IMG/VR virus record: IMGVR_UViG_3300020473_000011 | Location: 62,001-126,000 of that record | DNA length: 64,000 nucleotides | Strand: one strand, 5' to 3' | Shown here: piece by piece, positions 40,288 to 50,616 of the stretch | Position numbering within the stretch: the stretch's first letter is position 1 | How the letters are laid out: every line of letters begins with the position of its first letter | The notes under the pieces: generated by a model | The model's database searches: none | What the model was told of the DNA's origin: nothing | The model's input: only the letters and a program-made list of their open reading frames with translations | Translations under genes and position numbers: made by a program

Positions 40288-40683
40288 ATGTCACAGGACT
40301 TAACAACACTTGCTCGCCAATGGGTTGCACAAAACGTTGTGCTGGCTGAGCACTGCGACATCGAGTACGATGATGTTGAACACGCGCTGGTAAAGCTACT
40401 TCAAGAGGCTACAAAACCAAAAGAGCCAAAGAAGGTCTTCATTATCCAGCACTCGATTAAAGACCCTGACGGTTCGTTCCGTGTTCTTCGTAATGATGTA
40501 TACAACACGATGGAACAAGTACGCGCTGTACTGGCGGAATCACACCGCGCACACAACACCGACGACATGCAAAATGCGGGCTACTATGCTAAGTACGTAA
40601 ACAGCTCACGTGACCTTCATATCGCGAAAGATGGTTTTTGCGTTGAGTTCCTAAAAATCTGTGAAGAAGAAATTAAATACTAA
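40288..40683 (+). CDS. hypothetical protein
   Basis: start MSQDLT after AGGA. Confidence 0.75.
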   Translation: MSQDLTTLARQWVAQNVVLAEHCDIEYDDVEHALVKLLQEATKPKEPKKVFIIQHSIKDPDGSFRVLRNDVYNTMEQVRAVLAESHRAHNTDDMQNAGYYAKYVNSSRDLHIAKDGFCVEFLKICEEEIKY

Positions 40684-40696
40684 GAAGGCGAAGACT

Positions 40697-41176
40697 ATGT
40701 ACTCAGGAATTAATAACCGTAACGTCATGACCGCATTTGCAGGTATTATCTGCCCTGCGAACCGCTGCATCAGCTCGGACTATCGCATGATCGTTCAGTG
40801 TAAGCCGTACCTTGATAAGTACGACGAGGTAGATAAAGCATTCAGTGAGATTGACTTCGATAGCGCAGATGCTGCCGAGCGCTTACTTGAGGGCTTAGAG
40901 GCCATCGAAAAAGCATGGGAACTGGTTGTGATAGGCTGGGCGACGGCCACACAAGCAATCAACCCAAGCCTGCGCGCTGACATCAAGCGCATTAGTGAGG
41001 CTAACCCTTTGTTTCACGTTGACCACATCCGCAAGCACATCCAACAGGCCATGGACTACCTATGCGATGAACAAGGCAACTTGATTGATGAAGAGCAGGT
41101 CAATAAGGCCATTGAGTTTCAGCGCAGCCTAGAAGCTGACGCGAAAAAGACAGCCGAGAGCCTACGCGCTCGATAG
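40697..41176 (+). CDS. hypothetical protein, paralog of 41192-41677
   Basis: shared RMI..CKPYLDKYD, W..ATQ.INP.L, AM.YLC.EQG. Confidence 0.8.
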   Translation: MYSGINNRNVMTAFAGIICPANRCISSDYRMIVQCKPYLDKYDEVDKAFSEIDFDSADAAERLLEGLEAIEKAWELVVIGWATATQAINPSLRADIKRISEANPLFHVDHIRKHIQQAMDYLCDEQGNLIDEEQVNKAIEFQRSLEADAKKTAESLRAR

Positions 41177-41191
41177 ACACGGAGAGACACC

Positions 41192-41677
41192 ATGACCTTA
41201 ACGCAACCCGAGCACGCAAAGTGGATGTCATTTAGCGGCATCGAGTGTGACGCCACCCGCGTGATCAGCGCTGACTTTCGCATGATCACCATGTGCAAGC
41301 CGTATCTTGATAAGTACGATGCAGCCCAAGAAGACTTCAACCGTATCGACACGTCGAGTGAAGATGTTACCGAGCGCTACGTCGAGGCGCTTAAACGCCT
41401 TGAGACTGCATGGTGTCAGATTGCCGCAAGCTGGGCACTGGCTACGCAGGAAATCAACCCGAACCTGCACCGTGAACTACGTACCATTATGCGTGACCAC
41501 CCAATGGATTACTTGCCTAAGATCCGCGAGCATATCAACGATGCAATGGCTTACCTGTGCACTGAGCAAGGTGTCCTACGGGATGAGCAACAAATTAGAC
41601 GCGCTATTGAATTACAGCGCGAGTATATTAAGACTGAACGTGAAGCGTTCGATAACTACTTAGAACAAGGCAATTAA
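41192..41677 (+). CDS. hypothetical protein, paralog of 40697-41176
   Basis: as above. Confidence 0.8.
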   Translation: MTLTQPEHAKWMSFSGIECDATRVISADFRMITMCKPYLDKYDAAQEDFNRIDTSSEDVTERYVEALKRLETAWCQIAASWALATQEINPNLHRELRTIMRDHPMDYLPKIREHINDAMAYLCTEQGVLRDEQQIRRAIELQREYIKTEREAFDNYLEQGN

Positions 41678-41678
41678 T

Positions 41679-42209
41679 ATGGCTGTATCTTGGGGAACTC
41701 AATGGGGTTATGTCGTATCGACTAACCCAAGCAAATGTGCTGTCTTCTGTAAGGACAAGCGTCCGTCAGCTATTCCGTCAACCGATGAGTTAGGCAATGA
41801 GACCGTCGATATTGGCGGCGTACCAAAGGCGACCACTACTGCGCGTGTTGTGCTGGTGGAAAGTGAGCGCGAAGCCTACGTACAGGCGAAACTTGCCCAG
41901 TTTGAATCACTTATCCCACTCATTCAGGCGTACGCAAACGAAGAATGCGAGATTAAGCTTCGCACCGAGCGCAACAACTTTCAGCTTCGTATGGACAAGC
42001 AGCTCGACGAAGCACTGCGCGACGAGCTTGAACAGCGCATTGCCGAAGACCAGAAAAAGAAATTTATCTTTATGCAAGCAGGACTAGAGCTGCTACAACT
42101 CAAGCGTACCCGTGTTAAAGAGCGTGAGCTTGAGGACATTTGGGCTGAGTCTGACGACCCAGCAACGATTATTAATGCCATTATCGCGAAGGAGACCGCC
42201 GATGCCTAG
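41679..42209 (+). CDS. hypothetical protein, coiled-coil
   Basis: operon ORF. Confidence 0.75.
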   Translation: MAVSWGTQWGYVVSTNPSKCAVFCKDKRPSAIPSTDELGNETVDIGGVPKATTTARVVLVESEREAYVQAKLAQFESLIPLIQAYANEECEIKLRTERNNFQLRMDKQLDEALRDELEQRIAEDQKKKFIFMQAGLELLQLKRTRVKERELEDIWAESDDPATIINAIIAKETADA

Positions 42210-42492
42210 CTCGACCTGCATTAAGCTTGTGACCTTCTGTGATGAAGACGCTTTGGGCGTGATTGATGCAATGAAGGCGGGCACCGATGATGTCACCTTC
42301 ATGGAAGACCACGACGACACGTACAGTGGACTCACTGCTTATAGCAGCTCAGGTCATTGTCTAAGCAGTGACCGTACCAAGGCACTCATTGAGGCATTCC
42401 AACATTACGCCTTCAACGACCCTAAGTATGCTGTCCTTGTTATTAACGATGACAAGATAGACGAGAACGACGGCGTGTATGTCCCGCTGTAG
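42202..42492 (+). CDS. acidic hypothetical protein
   Basis: AAGGAG RBS before ATG 42202. Confidence 0.7.
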   Translation: MPSSTCIKLVTFCDEDALGVIDAMKAGTDDVTFMEDHDDTYSGLTAYSSSGHCLSSDRTKALIEAFQHYAFNDPKYAVLVINDDKIDENDGVYVPL

Positions 42493-42556
42493 CTTTACAG
42501 GCAATGCAAACCCACATAGGCTCTCACTTAGAGCCTTTTTTAATGGTTAAAACAAA

Positions 42557-42946
42557 ATGATACTGAAATACTTCTTACACATGGGCGTATGCCTCGCCTG
42601 TGCCATTCTGAGCATCGTAGCCCTAGAACTAGGACAAAGTTATGCTGGTAACTCCCAGCAAGGCGCTCTGTTAATCTCAGGCGTGCTAGTGGCCATTGGG
42701 GTTGTTGCGACGAAGCTTACTGATAAGTCACCGCGCAAGTTATTCCAGAACCTCACACTGCGTGGCTTCTTGGATGATTACCTCGTGACGATTATCGTGG
42801 TACTGCTGGTGCTAAATGCCGCGTTTGGTGGTGGGTTCAGTGAAGAGCCTACACGGCTCATTGTGCTGGGTTTATTATACATAGCGGTGAAGCACTTACT
42901 TCGTGCGAATGAAGCACGCTTCACCATGATGGGTCAGCTTAAATAG
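42557..42946 (+). CDS. membrane protein (4 TM), hypothetical
   Basis: hydrophobic segments. Confidence 0.7.
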   Translation: MILKYFLHMGVCLACAILSIVALELGQSYAGNSQQGALLISGVLVAIGVVATKLTDKSPRKLFQNLTLRGFLDDYLVTIIVVLLVLNAAFGGGFSEEPTRLIVLGLLYIAVKHLLRANEARFTMMGQLK

Positions 42947-43367
42947 TACTGAGGTAATCCTCTAGTCCGTCTTCCAAAACCTCGGCCAACTCGTCGGGGT
43001 TTTCGCTCATTATCGCCAGCGTTGTCCACGCTATCTGCGACCACTGCTTGTATGCCTTCCCTTTTTCCATTCGACGTGTCACCTCTGCATGGATGTAAGC
43101 AGCGCCTTCCTTAATGGTGCGGTACAAGCCTGCCTGTGGTGGCAGAAGCTCTGTGAACTCGACTGACTCACTCACGCGAGTGCCCTCGCCTGTGCCTGCC
43201 GCACCGACTGAAAGGCGGTAACAGTTCGTGATAAGCACAAGGCGGTCGTCTGAGGTGATGGCCACAATGTCATCTTCCGTTTCAGAGTCGATGATCTGAG
43301 TGGCCGTCAGTGGTTCACCCTGCTGGGTGATGTAGTCCAGATCTTTGCGACATTCAGGCTTAGTCAT
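42939..43367 (-). CDS. hypothetical protein
   Basis: operon ORF. Confidence 0.7.
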   Translation of the reverse strand: MTKPECRKDLDYITQQGEPLTATQIIDSETEDDIVAITSDDRLVLITNCYRLSVGAAGTGEGTRVSESVEFTELLPPQAGLYRTIKEGAAYIHAEVTRRMEKGKAYKQWSQIAWTTLAIMSENPDELAEVLEDGLEDYLSTI

Positions 43368-43674
43368 TCGATGCTCGCAGTCGGCTGGCCAGTACGTCTT
43401 GGTACCCGATCATGTCTGCCCACCATTCACTCGCGGTCGCATCCGCATGGGTGGCTGAGTTAATCACTGTGATCGTGTCGAAGGTCTCTTGGATATTCGC
43501 AACGTTATCAGGGTTTGGGCAGGCTGACTTGACCAGCTCCCAACAGTCACGCGGCGAGTTCAACTGCACGTCGATGCGGTCAGCCGTAAATAAAGCAAGT
43601 GTTTGCACCTCAAGCTGGGCTAGTTCGTCGGCACACGACCAACCCAATGCAATGTTTTCCTCAGCGCTACGCAT
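43360..43674 (-). CDS. hypothetical protein, paralog of C-terminus of 43667-44182
   Basis: shared CPNPD.V..IQE..D.I / WW.DM..YQ.VL..RL. Confidence 0.75.
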   Translation of the reverse strand: MRSAEENIALGWSCADELAQLEVQTLALFTADRIDVQLNSPRDCWELVKSACPNPDNVANIQETFDTITVINSATHADATASEWWADMIGYQDVLASRLRASND

Positions 43675-44182
43675 TTGTGTTGCCCTGTGCCTGTAGACGC
43701 TTACCCAGTACACGCTGGTAGTTGCTCATATCAAGCCACCACTGAGGCTCAGACACTGACCACACCACATCTTTATCAATGGCCTCAATCAAGTCGTAGG
43801 CTTCTTGGATAGCGATAACGTCGTCAGGGTTAGGGCATAGGTCTTTCAGTGCCTGCCAGCGGGCTTGGGGTTCACGCTTCGAGTCGTTCATACTGTTGAT
43901 AAAGAAACGCTGACGTTTCACGTGGTTTTGCTCTTCCAAGAACGCAGTATACCCTTCACGGGTACCACCTTGCTCGAAGAACTGGATCTCATCATCAAGC
44001 TCTTGTAGGTACTCGGCTAAGCCGTTATCAAAACCTGATGACTGCGCATTACGTGCGTAGACGTCTCTGTACGCTTTCTTGAACTCAAGTGAGTCTTCGT
44101 CAGCCTTATCACCTACTGCGTGCTTAGCGGCAGCCCGTGCTGCGGCCATGGCCATTGTGTCTGGATGACAATACCATCCCAT
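43667..44182 (-). CDS. hypothetical protein
   Basis: GAGG RBS; see paralog. Confidence 0.75.
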   Translation of the reverse strand: MGWYCHPDTMAMAAARAAAKHAVGDKADEDSLEFKKAYRDVYARNAQSSGFDNGLAEYLQELDDEIQFFEQGGTREGYTAFLEEQNHVKRQRFFINSMNDSKREPQARWQALKDLCPNPDDVIAIQEAYDLIEAIDKDVVWSVSEPQWWLDMSNYQRVLGKRLQAQGNTNA

Positions 44183-44224
44183 ACTGGTTACCTCTTATTC
44201 TTTTACTGTGTTGGGCACTTAACG

Positions 44225-44512
44225 CTAGTTAAGCACTCGAACGGGGATTAATTCTTCGAAGGCCACCACACGGTAGCTATCGTGCTCGCCAATACCCTGA
44301 TTGATTGCCCCATGCACGCGATGACGTGGATGGTCATTGTCATACTCAGTATAGCTCACGCAATACATTGCACTTAGCGCACTGTGATGTACAACGTTCA
44401 GCACCTGCACCACACGCGTACGCAGCGGTGACCACGGCGTCGGGTACCCTATCCCTTCTTTAATGCGGTAGGATGTCCCCGCCTTGAGAGGATTAACGGC
44501 GCTCAGCATCAT
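44225..44512 (-). CDS. hypothetical protein
   Basis: start MMLSAVN reduces overlap. Confidence 0.6.
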   Translation of the reverse strand: MMLSAVNPLKAGTSYRIKEGIGYPTPWSPLRTRVVQVLNVVHHSALSAMYCVSYTEYDNDHPRHRVHGAINQGIGEHDSYRVVAFEELIPVRVLN

Positions 44513-44852
44513 CGTGAGACTGCTTAATAAGCTCTTCATTAAACGCAGCCACATGCTTATCAAAGTCTGCCTTCTGCGCCTCAATAAGCTTTTTAGTTTC
44601 GCGATTACTCTTCGTAATAAGGACAGCGAAACACAGGCAGGACAGTGCTCCCCACATCCACTCGTCAAAAGGATCAAGCGCTGCGTAGCCTGTTAATACA
44701 GCCGCAATTTTTAGCATGTGGACTGAACGCATAAGCCATGGGTGTTGGTTGAATGAGTGGTGTCGATGCGCCGCGAGGGCACCTGCTAGATAGCCTAATG
44801 TCACAGCCATAAACAGAAGCATGATCTGTAGGGTTGCTTGGAGCATGACCAT
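44493..44852 (-). CDS. membrane protein
   Basis: 3 TM, similar layout to 44852-45136. Confidence 0.65.
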   Translation of the reverse strand: MVMLQATLQIMLLFMAVTLGYLAGALAAHRHHSFNQHPWLMRSVHMLKIAAVLTGYAALDPFDEWMWGALSCLCFAVLITKSNRETKKLIEAQKADFDKHVAAFNEELIKQSHDDAERR

Positions 44853-45136
44853 TATGACTGCCCCACTCGTTCACGTGTCACACGACGGCTCTTTGCTGAG
44901 ACCACCACATAGAGAAGCGTCGCTACCGTGACAGGTAACGCTGACATTTCAGGCTTGATAGCCATGTGACCAAACAGAAGTGCAACCATTGTTAGCAGTA
45001 TGTTCGAGGCGGCATACCAGTTATGGTCGTACTGCGGGAGCTTACTGAATGCCATGAACTTACCAGCTGTGACCCCAATACCAATGGCAACTATCATCAT
45101 CAGTGATGGATAGACGGTCATCATAAACGTGTTCAT
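44852..45136 (-). CDS. membrane protein
   Basis: 3 TM, coupled start/stop. Confidence 0.65.
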   Translation of the reverse strand: MNTFMMTVYPSLMMIVAIGIGVTAGKFMAFSKLPQYDHNWYAASNILLTMVALLFGHMAIKPEMSALPVTVATLLYVVVSAKSRRVTRERVGQS

Positions 45137-45762
45137 ACTAAAGGTTCCTCATCGTTTTTTAATTGTGCTGCAATCTCAGGATGCAGGCACTGTGCTTTTG
45201 ATTCTAGGATAATACTATCAGGCCGCGTACGGAGCTGGTGACTACGCACAAGCTCAGCCTGCCGATGTTCAATCATGTTAGCTTGGCACTGAATCATTTT
45301 AGTGAGTGTCTGCTCAACAGTTAGCGCACCGAGGCTGTACTCGGTGAGTAAGGCACTGATGATTGGGTGCGTCTTGGCCAGCTCAATAATAGCGGGATCA
45401 AAGACATCGTCAACGCGTTTAGGGTGACTATCGCCCTCTCGGTTAAAATACGTTTTAACGAGGCTAACAAGGTATGCCGCCGTCGGGGTCTTTATCTCTG
45501 TGTTGCGGCCATGGTCTCGATACACGGTCGCATACGGCACAAAGTGAAACTGTCTAATGCAGATTTGACTGCGCTTATCGGCAACCGCCAAGCAAACATG
45601 GTCACCGTCGTCTATCGTACAGCTAACCTCAAGCTGTGGGCATGTCTTAACCAGTATTTCGGCGGCTTCATCGAAGATGAGCTTTAGCGCCCCTAAGCTA
45701 ACAAACTCACCGACACGCTTATACTGGCGCTGTAGTTGTGGGTGTATATCGTTCTTATCCAC
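45133..45762 (-). CDS. hypothetical protein
   Basis: operon ORF. Confidence 0.7.
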   Translation of the reverse strand: MDKNDIHPQLQRQYKRVGEFVSLGALKLIFDEAAEILVKTCPQLEVSCTIDDGDHVCLAVADKRSQICIRQFHFVPYATVYRDHGRNTEIKTPTAAYLVSLVKTYFNREGDSHPKRVDDVFDPAIIELAKTHPIISALLTEYSLGALTVEQTLTKMIQCQANMIEHRQAELVRSHQLRTRPDSIILESKAQCLHPEIAAQLKNDEEPLV

Positions 45763-46522
45763 CGTAATACCCTATTGCTGCTTTGTGTGCAGGTGATACC
45801 GTATCAAGCATGTTGCAGTCATTACACTGGCTGCACTTAACAGACTGGTAAATGGTCTCATCCGTATCAACGACAGACACTTCCGTCGGACACTCGTTAG
45901 ACTCACCCATTGAAATCGAACCATTGATGTTCACTGATGGCTGACAGAACTTACCCATGCTCTCAAGCTGACGGATAGCCGCCCCGATAGTATTAAACTG
46001 CGGATGGTTTGCGATGCTGCGTAAGTTGAAACAGCGTGTACCTTTGCTGGTGGTTGTCTTCTCAGACACCTTCAAGCGTGTACGTGCTCGACCCTGCGGG
46101 TAAATTGGAGCCGAGATATAATCAAAGAACTTCGCATTAGGATGCGCTGCCAGTGTACGCGCCAGCCCGTCTTTATCAAGGCTACGTGGGTAGTACAGTG
46201 GGTCGTTCACGATCTGGAAGTTGACTTTAGGGTACGGCGTCATGTACTTGGCCACCAGCTCAGGGTCTTTCACCCACTCGCCATGAGTACACACTGACAC
46301 GCTGCCTTGGAAGTTCAATAGCAAGTAGTTCATCATGTCGTTATACGCTTGGTGGTCTGTCGGCTCACCACCGCTGATTATGATGACACGGACGCCGTTA
46401 CGCACTGCAAAGTTCACGCTCTTCATGAACGTACCAAAGTCCATGCTACCGCTCGACGGTAAGCTATCAATCATGCAGTGGCTACAGCCCATGCTACACT
46501 TGTCGGTAATACGAATAATCAT
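45755..46522 (-). CDS. radical SAM protein with Cys-rich C-terminus
   Basis: CSMGCSHC (CxxxCxxC), SGGEP, later C..C..C; AAGGAG RBS before ATG 46522. Confidence 0.9.
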   Translation of the reverse strand: MIIRITDKCSMGCSHCMIDSLPSSGSMDFGTFMKSVNFAVRNGVRVIIISGGEPTDHQAYNDMMNYLLLNFQGSVSVCTHGEWVKDPELVAKYMTPYPKVNFQIVNDPLYYPRSLDKDGLARTLAAHPNAKFFDYISAPIYPQGRARTRLKVSEKTTTSKGTRCFNLRSIANHPQFNTIGAAIRQLESMGKFCQPSVNINGSISMGESNECPTEVSVVDTDETIYQSVKCSQCNDCNMLDTVSPAHKAAIGYYGG

Positions 46523-46532
46523 TAGCGGCTCC

Positions 46533-47345
46533 TTAAAAAGTCCAAAGCTGAGTTGCACGGTCACCTTCTGAGGCATTAATAATACTAGACGAGACAAACG
46601 TGGTTTCTCCCGATGCCAACCGTCGTATGTGCGCTCTTCTTAGATGCGTAACAGGACGCTTGTGCTGCACTGCTCGCGTGGCAGCGCCATCACGCGAACG
46701 TGCTGGTCGGTCAAGCTGTACCGTGTAGAAAGCAACAGGGCGTGCTGCCTTTTTGTTACGTTGAGCATTAATACGGTCACGCGCTGTATAGGCAGGTGCG
46801 TTATGCTTGAGTGTCACATTGTTTGTTGAAATCGTCAGTAGTAATGAAATCAACCAGTCTCGAATGCTGTCTGGGTTGACGGAGCTTAGTATTTCGGCCT
46901 TATCGGGGTCGGTGTTCTTTTCGCTTCGGATCCAACGCCAATCGTCTGTTGCCTCAAGGGTGATCATCATAGGAAGGACGACCACTTCGTCGTCTTCGTA
47001 GACAACCGCAATACTAACACTCATTGTACGGTCAGCCACGTGGCACATGTAGTACATACGCTGCTTGTCATTGTCCGTATTAGGGAACTCAACTGTAAAT
47101 TGCTCGAAGGGCGGTAGCGCCGAGCAAGACTCTATGGTATCTGGTTCAACCGTAGGCACAGACGATGTATTTTTAACGAGGATAACGGGTACATCACGGG
47201 TACGACCCTTATCAATGTAGGGAGCAGCATCTGGATTCTTAGCAACCATGCGGTCGATGTCCGCTGATAGTTTAGCCGCCAGTATATGATAACGGCTCGC
47301 TAATGGATGGCGCATAGTCTTGTTTTTGTTCTTATTCTTCATCAT
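46533..47345 (-). CDS. phage-type conserved protein
   Basis: C-terminal PVTHLRRAHIRRL..G..FV motif; AGGAG RBS before ATG 47345. Confidence 0.7.
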   Translation of the reverse strand: MMKNKNKNKTMRHPLASRYHILAAKLSADIDRMVAKNPDAAPYIDKGRTRDVPVILVKNTSSVPTVEPDTIESCSALPPFEQFTVEFPNTDNDKQRMYYMCHVADRTMSVSIAVVYEDDEVVVLPMMITLEATDDWRWIRSEKNTDPDKAEILSSVNPDSIRDWLISLLLTISTNNVTLKHNAPAYTARDRINAQRNKKAARPVAFYTVQLDRPARSRDGAATRAVQHKRPVTHLRRAHIRRLASGETTFVSSSIINASEGDRATQLWTF

Positions 47346-47352
47346 CTTACTC

Positions 47353-48126
47353 CTATACCATAATGACTTTCTGAGGCACCAAGTAAAAGTTTGTAGTCTC
47401 TTCGTCATTGCATGGGTCAATGTATAGCACCTCGATGCGGCGGTTGTTTCGGCTATCAAATTCGCAAAGCGTAACGTCAATGATTGACGTGTAGTAGCCC
47501 GCACAGTGATCAGTGCAATGAAGACGGACAGCCTCAAGTACATCGGCTTTCTCACCTGTGCATACAAAGTCAGTCGCGTTCTCCGCATACAGACTATCGT
47601 GGTAGAGCGTATACAGCGTCTTACCGAGCGGACGATACAATGGGTCGTCCTTCGGTAGCAGCGCTTGGAACTGATGCGTGTAGTGCATGTGTGCATCAAA
47701 GTGAGGCTTAACCAGTGTATGAGCACGCTCGTAGGCATCTTTGTACTGACCTTGTGTTAGTGACTCAAAGAAGCCTCCACCTGACAGTTGATGCTCTGCG
47801 TATTGGTCACACGCATCTTTGTGCTGCTCACTAACGCCAGCATGGTAGCGAGCATCAATCAGGGAGCGGATAGTTGGCGCTGTACCACCTTCTGTTAATA
47901 AGCGCTGTGGGTTCACTGCCAGTGCCCCTGTGATAATATTTACAAGCGTGGCTTTAACCGACTTCGGTGCAACCTTGTTATCACTGGTTGAGCGCCAGCC
48001 ACGGACAGTCGCTGCATTCACGAGGAACAGCGACGCCACTTGGCTATTACTTAAATTAGCGAGCTTCTGTAGCTCGAAGTATTCCAGTTTCAGTAACTCG
48101 ACTGGGTTCATTGATGTTGCTAGCAT
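47353..48126 (-). CDS. protein with N-terminal HTH
   Basis: LSNSQVASLFLVNAATVRGWRS. Confidence 0.7.
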   Translation of the reverse strand: MLATSMNPVELLKLEYFELQKLANLSNSQVASLFLVNAATVRGWRSTSDNKVAPKSVKATLVNIITGALAVNPQRLLTEGGTAPTIRSLIDARYHAGVSEQHKDACDQYAEHQLSGGGFFESLTQGQYKDAYERAHTLVKPHFDAHMHYTHQFQALLPKDDPLYRPLGKTLYTLYHDSLYAENATDFVCTGEKADVLEAVRLHCTDHCAGYYTSIIDVTLCEFDSRNNRRIEVLYIDPCNDEETTNFYLVPQKVIMV

Positions 48127-48689
48127 AGTTCGCCATGTTCCTGTTCAAAGGCTTCAATGTCTACGTTCAAACGACGTAGGTTATCTTCGGCTTTTTTCAG
48201 CCGTGTGCGAGCGAGGGCTTCTTGATCTTTGTCGCCTTTCACAGAGGCCAGTAAGGCTCTTTCATCTTCGACGTCATTCACGAACTGGTCTCGGCCTTGA
48301 ATGTAACTGGTACGCAGTATTGCAAGCGAGCGCTCAGACTGAGCAGCCGTAGGGTCTTCGATGTCAGCACGTTTCATCACGACTGGCTCGTCTTCACGCA
48401 GTGAGACCTTATCAGCGCGGATAACGTAGGCTTCGTTTGATGACACGTGATAGATAGCATAGTACTGACACGTAACAGGGTGCACAGACACTTGAATGTT
48501 TGAGTCATTCGAATGTGAAATGATGTCGTTATAGATGTCATCACCGAAACACACATTCTCAAGCAGTGGCATCTTACGTGATGAGATTTCGCTAAGTGGC
48601 ATGACGTTCGTCATTGGCACAAGGTCTACACGGTAAGGCGTGTTACCTTGGCCTTTAAATTCAAAGCGCTTGGTTAGTGGTAAGCTCAT
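48120..48689 (-). CDS. hypothetical protein, coiled-coil C-terminus
   Basis: GGGAG RBS. Confidence 0.75.
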   Translation of the reverse strand: MSLPLTKRFEFKGQGNTPYRVDLVPMTNVMPLSEISSRKMPLLENVCFGDDIYNDIISHSNDSNIQVSVHPVTCQYYAIYHVSSNEAYVIRADKVSLREDEPVVMKRADIEDPTAAQSERSLAILRTSYIQGRDQFVNDVEDERALLASVKGDKDQEALARTRLKKAEDNLRRLNVDIEAFEQEHGELC

Positions 48690-48719
48690 AATTGACTCCC
48701 TCGTCAGGCACTACTCGGG

Positions 48720-49214
48720 TCACACCGAGTAGTTGCGGCCGTCTTCAAAAGCTTCCATCACGCGGTCGCGCTGGGTGCTCTCGAAGTTGTCGTAGTCTTC
48801 TTTGCTTACTAACTCATGCGTACATGCGCCCTCAGCCCAGTGGTAGAAGTGCTCGATAGCCTTGTTGGCTTCGCGTAATGACTTATACACTTCCATTGAG
48901 TCGCCTTCGACGCAGTCACAGTCACGTGACCAGTAGTAGACGTAAACAGGCTTGTTGAAGTAGCGCAGGCGTAGTTTTAGGTTCTCGCGAATGGCACGGT
49001 ATGAGCCGACGATGCGTAACTTACGACGCATTACGTTATCGAGGTTAATGCGCTTCTTGTCATTAATACGGACACGTAGCATCGCGTCGGTGTGGTCTGA
49101 TACCACGTTGATTTGGTTACCAAAGATAGTTACTTGGTACAGGGTTAAGCAGTAGCCATTGCCATGCTTCTTAAAGTTGATCTTATCTCGGATCAGGCTA
49201 GTCAGTTTATTCAT
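48720..49214 (-). CDS. hypothetical protein
   Basis: follows promoter 49275; RDCDC motif. Confidence 0.75.
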   Translation of the reverse strand: MNKLTSLIRDKINFKKHGNGYCLTLYQVTIFGNQINVVSDHTDAMLRVRINDKKRINLDNVMRRKLRIVGSYRAIRENLKLRLRYFNKPVYVYYWSRDCDCVEGDSMEVYKSLREANKAIEHFYHWAEGACTHELVSKEDYDNFESTQRDRVMEAFEDGRNYSV

Positions 49215-49274
49215 CGTCTTGCATCCACAAGTTAAAGGTATGCTCTCGGGTCAATCCCAAAAGCGTATGACGTC

Positions 49275-49341
49275 AGTATATATCGTTGTACAATGATGTC
49301 AATACGTTTTCTAAATAAAAATAGCTGCGGCGCAGCTATTT
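49275..49341 (-). promoter_or_regulatory. promoter: box A in spacer, box B upstream
   Basis: TTGACA-16(box A)-TATACT; palindrome AAATAGCTGCG-G-CGCAGCTATTT 49319-49341. Confidence 0.8.
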
Positions 49342-49434
49342 AGGAAGATATAGTAGATGAGTTTAGCGAGTGTGTCTAGCTATTAAGCATGAGGTTCGGT
49401 GATCCGTCGTGTTTGGCCAGCTGTACGGCGGTCA

Positions 49435-49806
49435 TTATTTATATTTAGCAAGGATGTCTGCTAACTCACGCGTTAATTGCGGGTTGTTACGCGCCATCGC
49501 CTGCAAACCACTGGTAACACGTAAGTGATTGTCGTGGTTCCACACAGCTTCTTGATGCTCGGCGTCGGTTAACGCAAATTCCATTGGGTCACGCTTAGCT
49601 GCGTTCTTCGGCACTTTAACACCGTTGCTGAGTACATAGCTTCGACTTGTTTCCTCAACAATAGCCACTTTCTCCCACTGCAACTCCCAACGCTTTTCAG
49701 CGGGTACGTCGTACACACGCTTACGGCCGTTGTGGTACCAGATGTGTGTCAGTGCATCTTGTTCAGTGCTTGATTTATTAAGCGTCTTATCGGTTACGGT
49801 AGTCAT
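49435..49806 (-). CDS. hypothetical protein
   Basis: follows promoter 49842. Confidence 0.75.
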   Translation of the reverse strand: MTTVTDKTLNKSSTEQDALTHIWYHNGRKRVYDVPAEKRWELQWEKVAIVEETSRSYVLSNGVKVPKNAAKRDPMEFALTDAEHQEAVWNHDNHLRVTSGLQAMARNNPQLTRELADILAKYK

Positions 49807-49841
49807 GTTACTCGTCTCATGTTTAATCGGTTAGTGTGCTC

Positions 49842-49897
49842 AGTATAAATCGTTGTACAATGATTGCAAGCATTTATCCTAATTAATTGCGGCGCAG
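49842..49897 (-). promoter_or_regulatory. promoter: box A in spacer, box B upstream
   Basis: TTGCAA-16(box A)-TATACT; TTGCGGCGCAG 49887-49897. Confidence 0.8.
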
Positions 49898-49983
49898 GCT
49901 GTCACGTGAAAAGGCGACTGCGCGCTTATGCACCATTGGGTCACAGCTGCCAGTGCCGACCTATGCCAGTTTTTAGGTATCGA

Positions 49984-50616
49984 CTAAGGACGCACCTCCG
50001 TGATACCAAAGTGCTCAGCCAGCGTGTACCAATCCTCAAGGTGACCCACCAGCTGACGACGGCGCTTAGCCAAGAACGTGCGCAGTCTCGGTCTGGGTGA
50101 CTGGCTGATCAACTGGTCAATTAAGCGCAGGTTCCCCTCCCCGATAAGGCTCGCAAACTTGAAGTAGTCGTGATGCTCTTCACTGTCCAGCGTGGCCACC
50201 GTGTCTTTCAGGTTCTCGTAAATCTTGATGTCCTTCATGAGCTGGTCGGGTTCACGTTTCGTCGGGAGCATGATGGCCGTGCATAGTGCCACGTTCCTGT
50301 CGTGCTTACGTAAGGTCACTGCACTGGCCTCATGACGCTTTGCAAAGAGTTCCGTGATGGTTGGGTCATTCGGAAAGAACGGCGCAGCATCGTTCATCCC
50401 ACGGCGTGTGAGATCAAGCTGACGCCCTATTGTGAGGTACACAGTATCAGCATCCGCCTTATGATTGGCACAGCGCTGCACCTCACGGGGTGTCGCGCCC
50501 AGTTCACTCATACGGGACACAAAGCCCGACCGTTGTACGAGGATAACTTGCAGGTCGTTACCCCCTTCAAAGATTTCATTATCCACGATGCGTGGACGTG
50601 CCAGTATTCGGCTCAT
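49984..50616 (-). CDS. hypothetical protein (4-gene paralog family)
   Basis: ALCTAI..P, L.LID.L, RRRQL. Confidence 0.75.
   Translation of the reverse strand: MSRILARPRIVDNEIFEGGNDLQVILVQRSGFVSRMSELGATPREVQRCANHKADADTVYLTIGRQLDLTRRGMNDAAPFFPNDPTITELFAKRHEASAVTLRKHDRNVALCTAIMLPTKREPDQLMKDIKIYENLKDTVATLDSEEHHDYFKFASLIGEGNLRLIDQLISQSPRPRLRTFLAKRRRQLVGHLEDWYTLAEHFGITEVRP

Noticed and set aside
47346-47738. N-terminal extension of the 401 aa ORF 46533-47738
   Set aside because: Overlaps the 47353-48126 gene in another frame; a strong RBS supports a start at 47345
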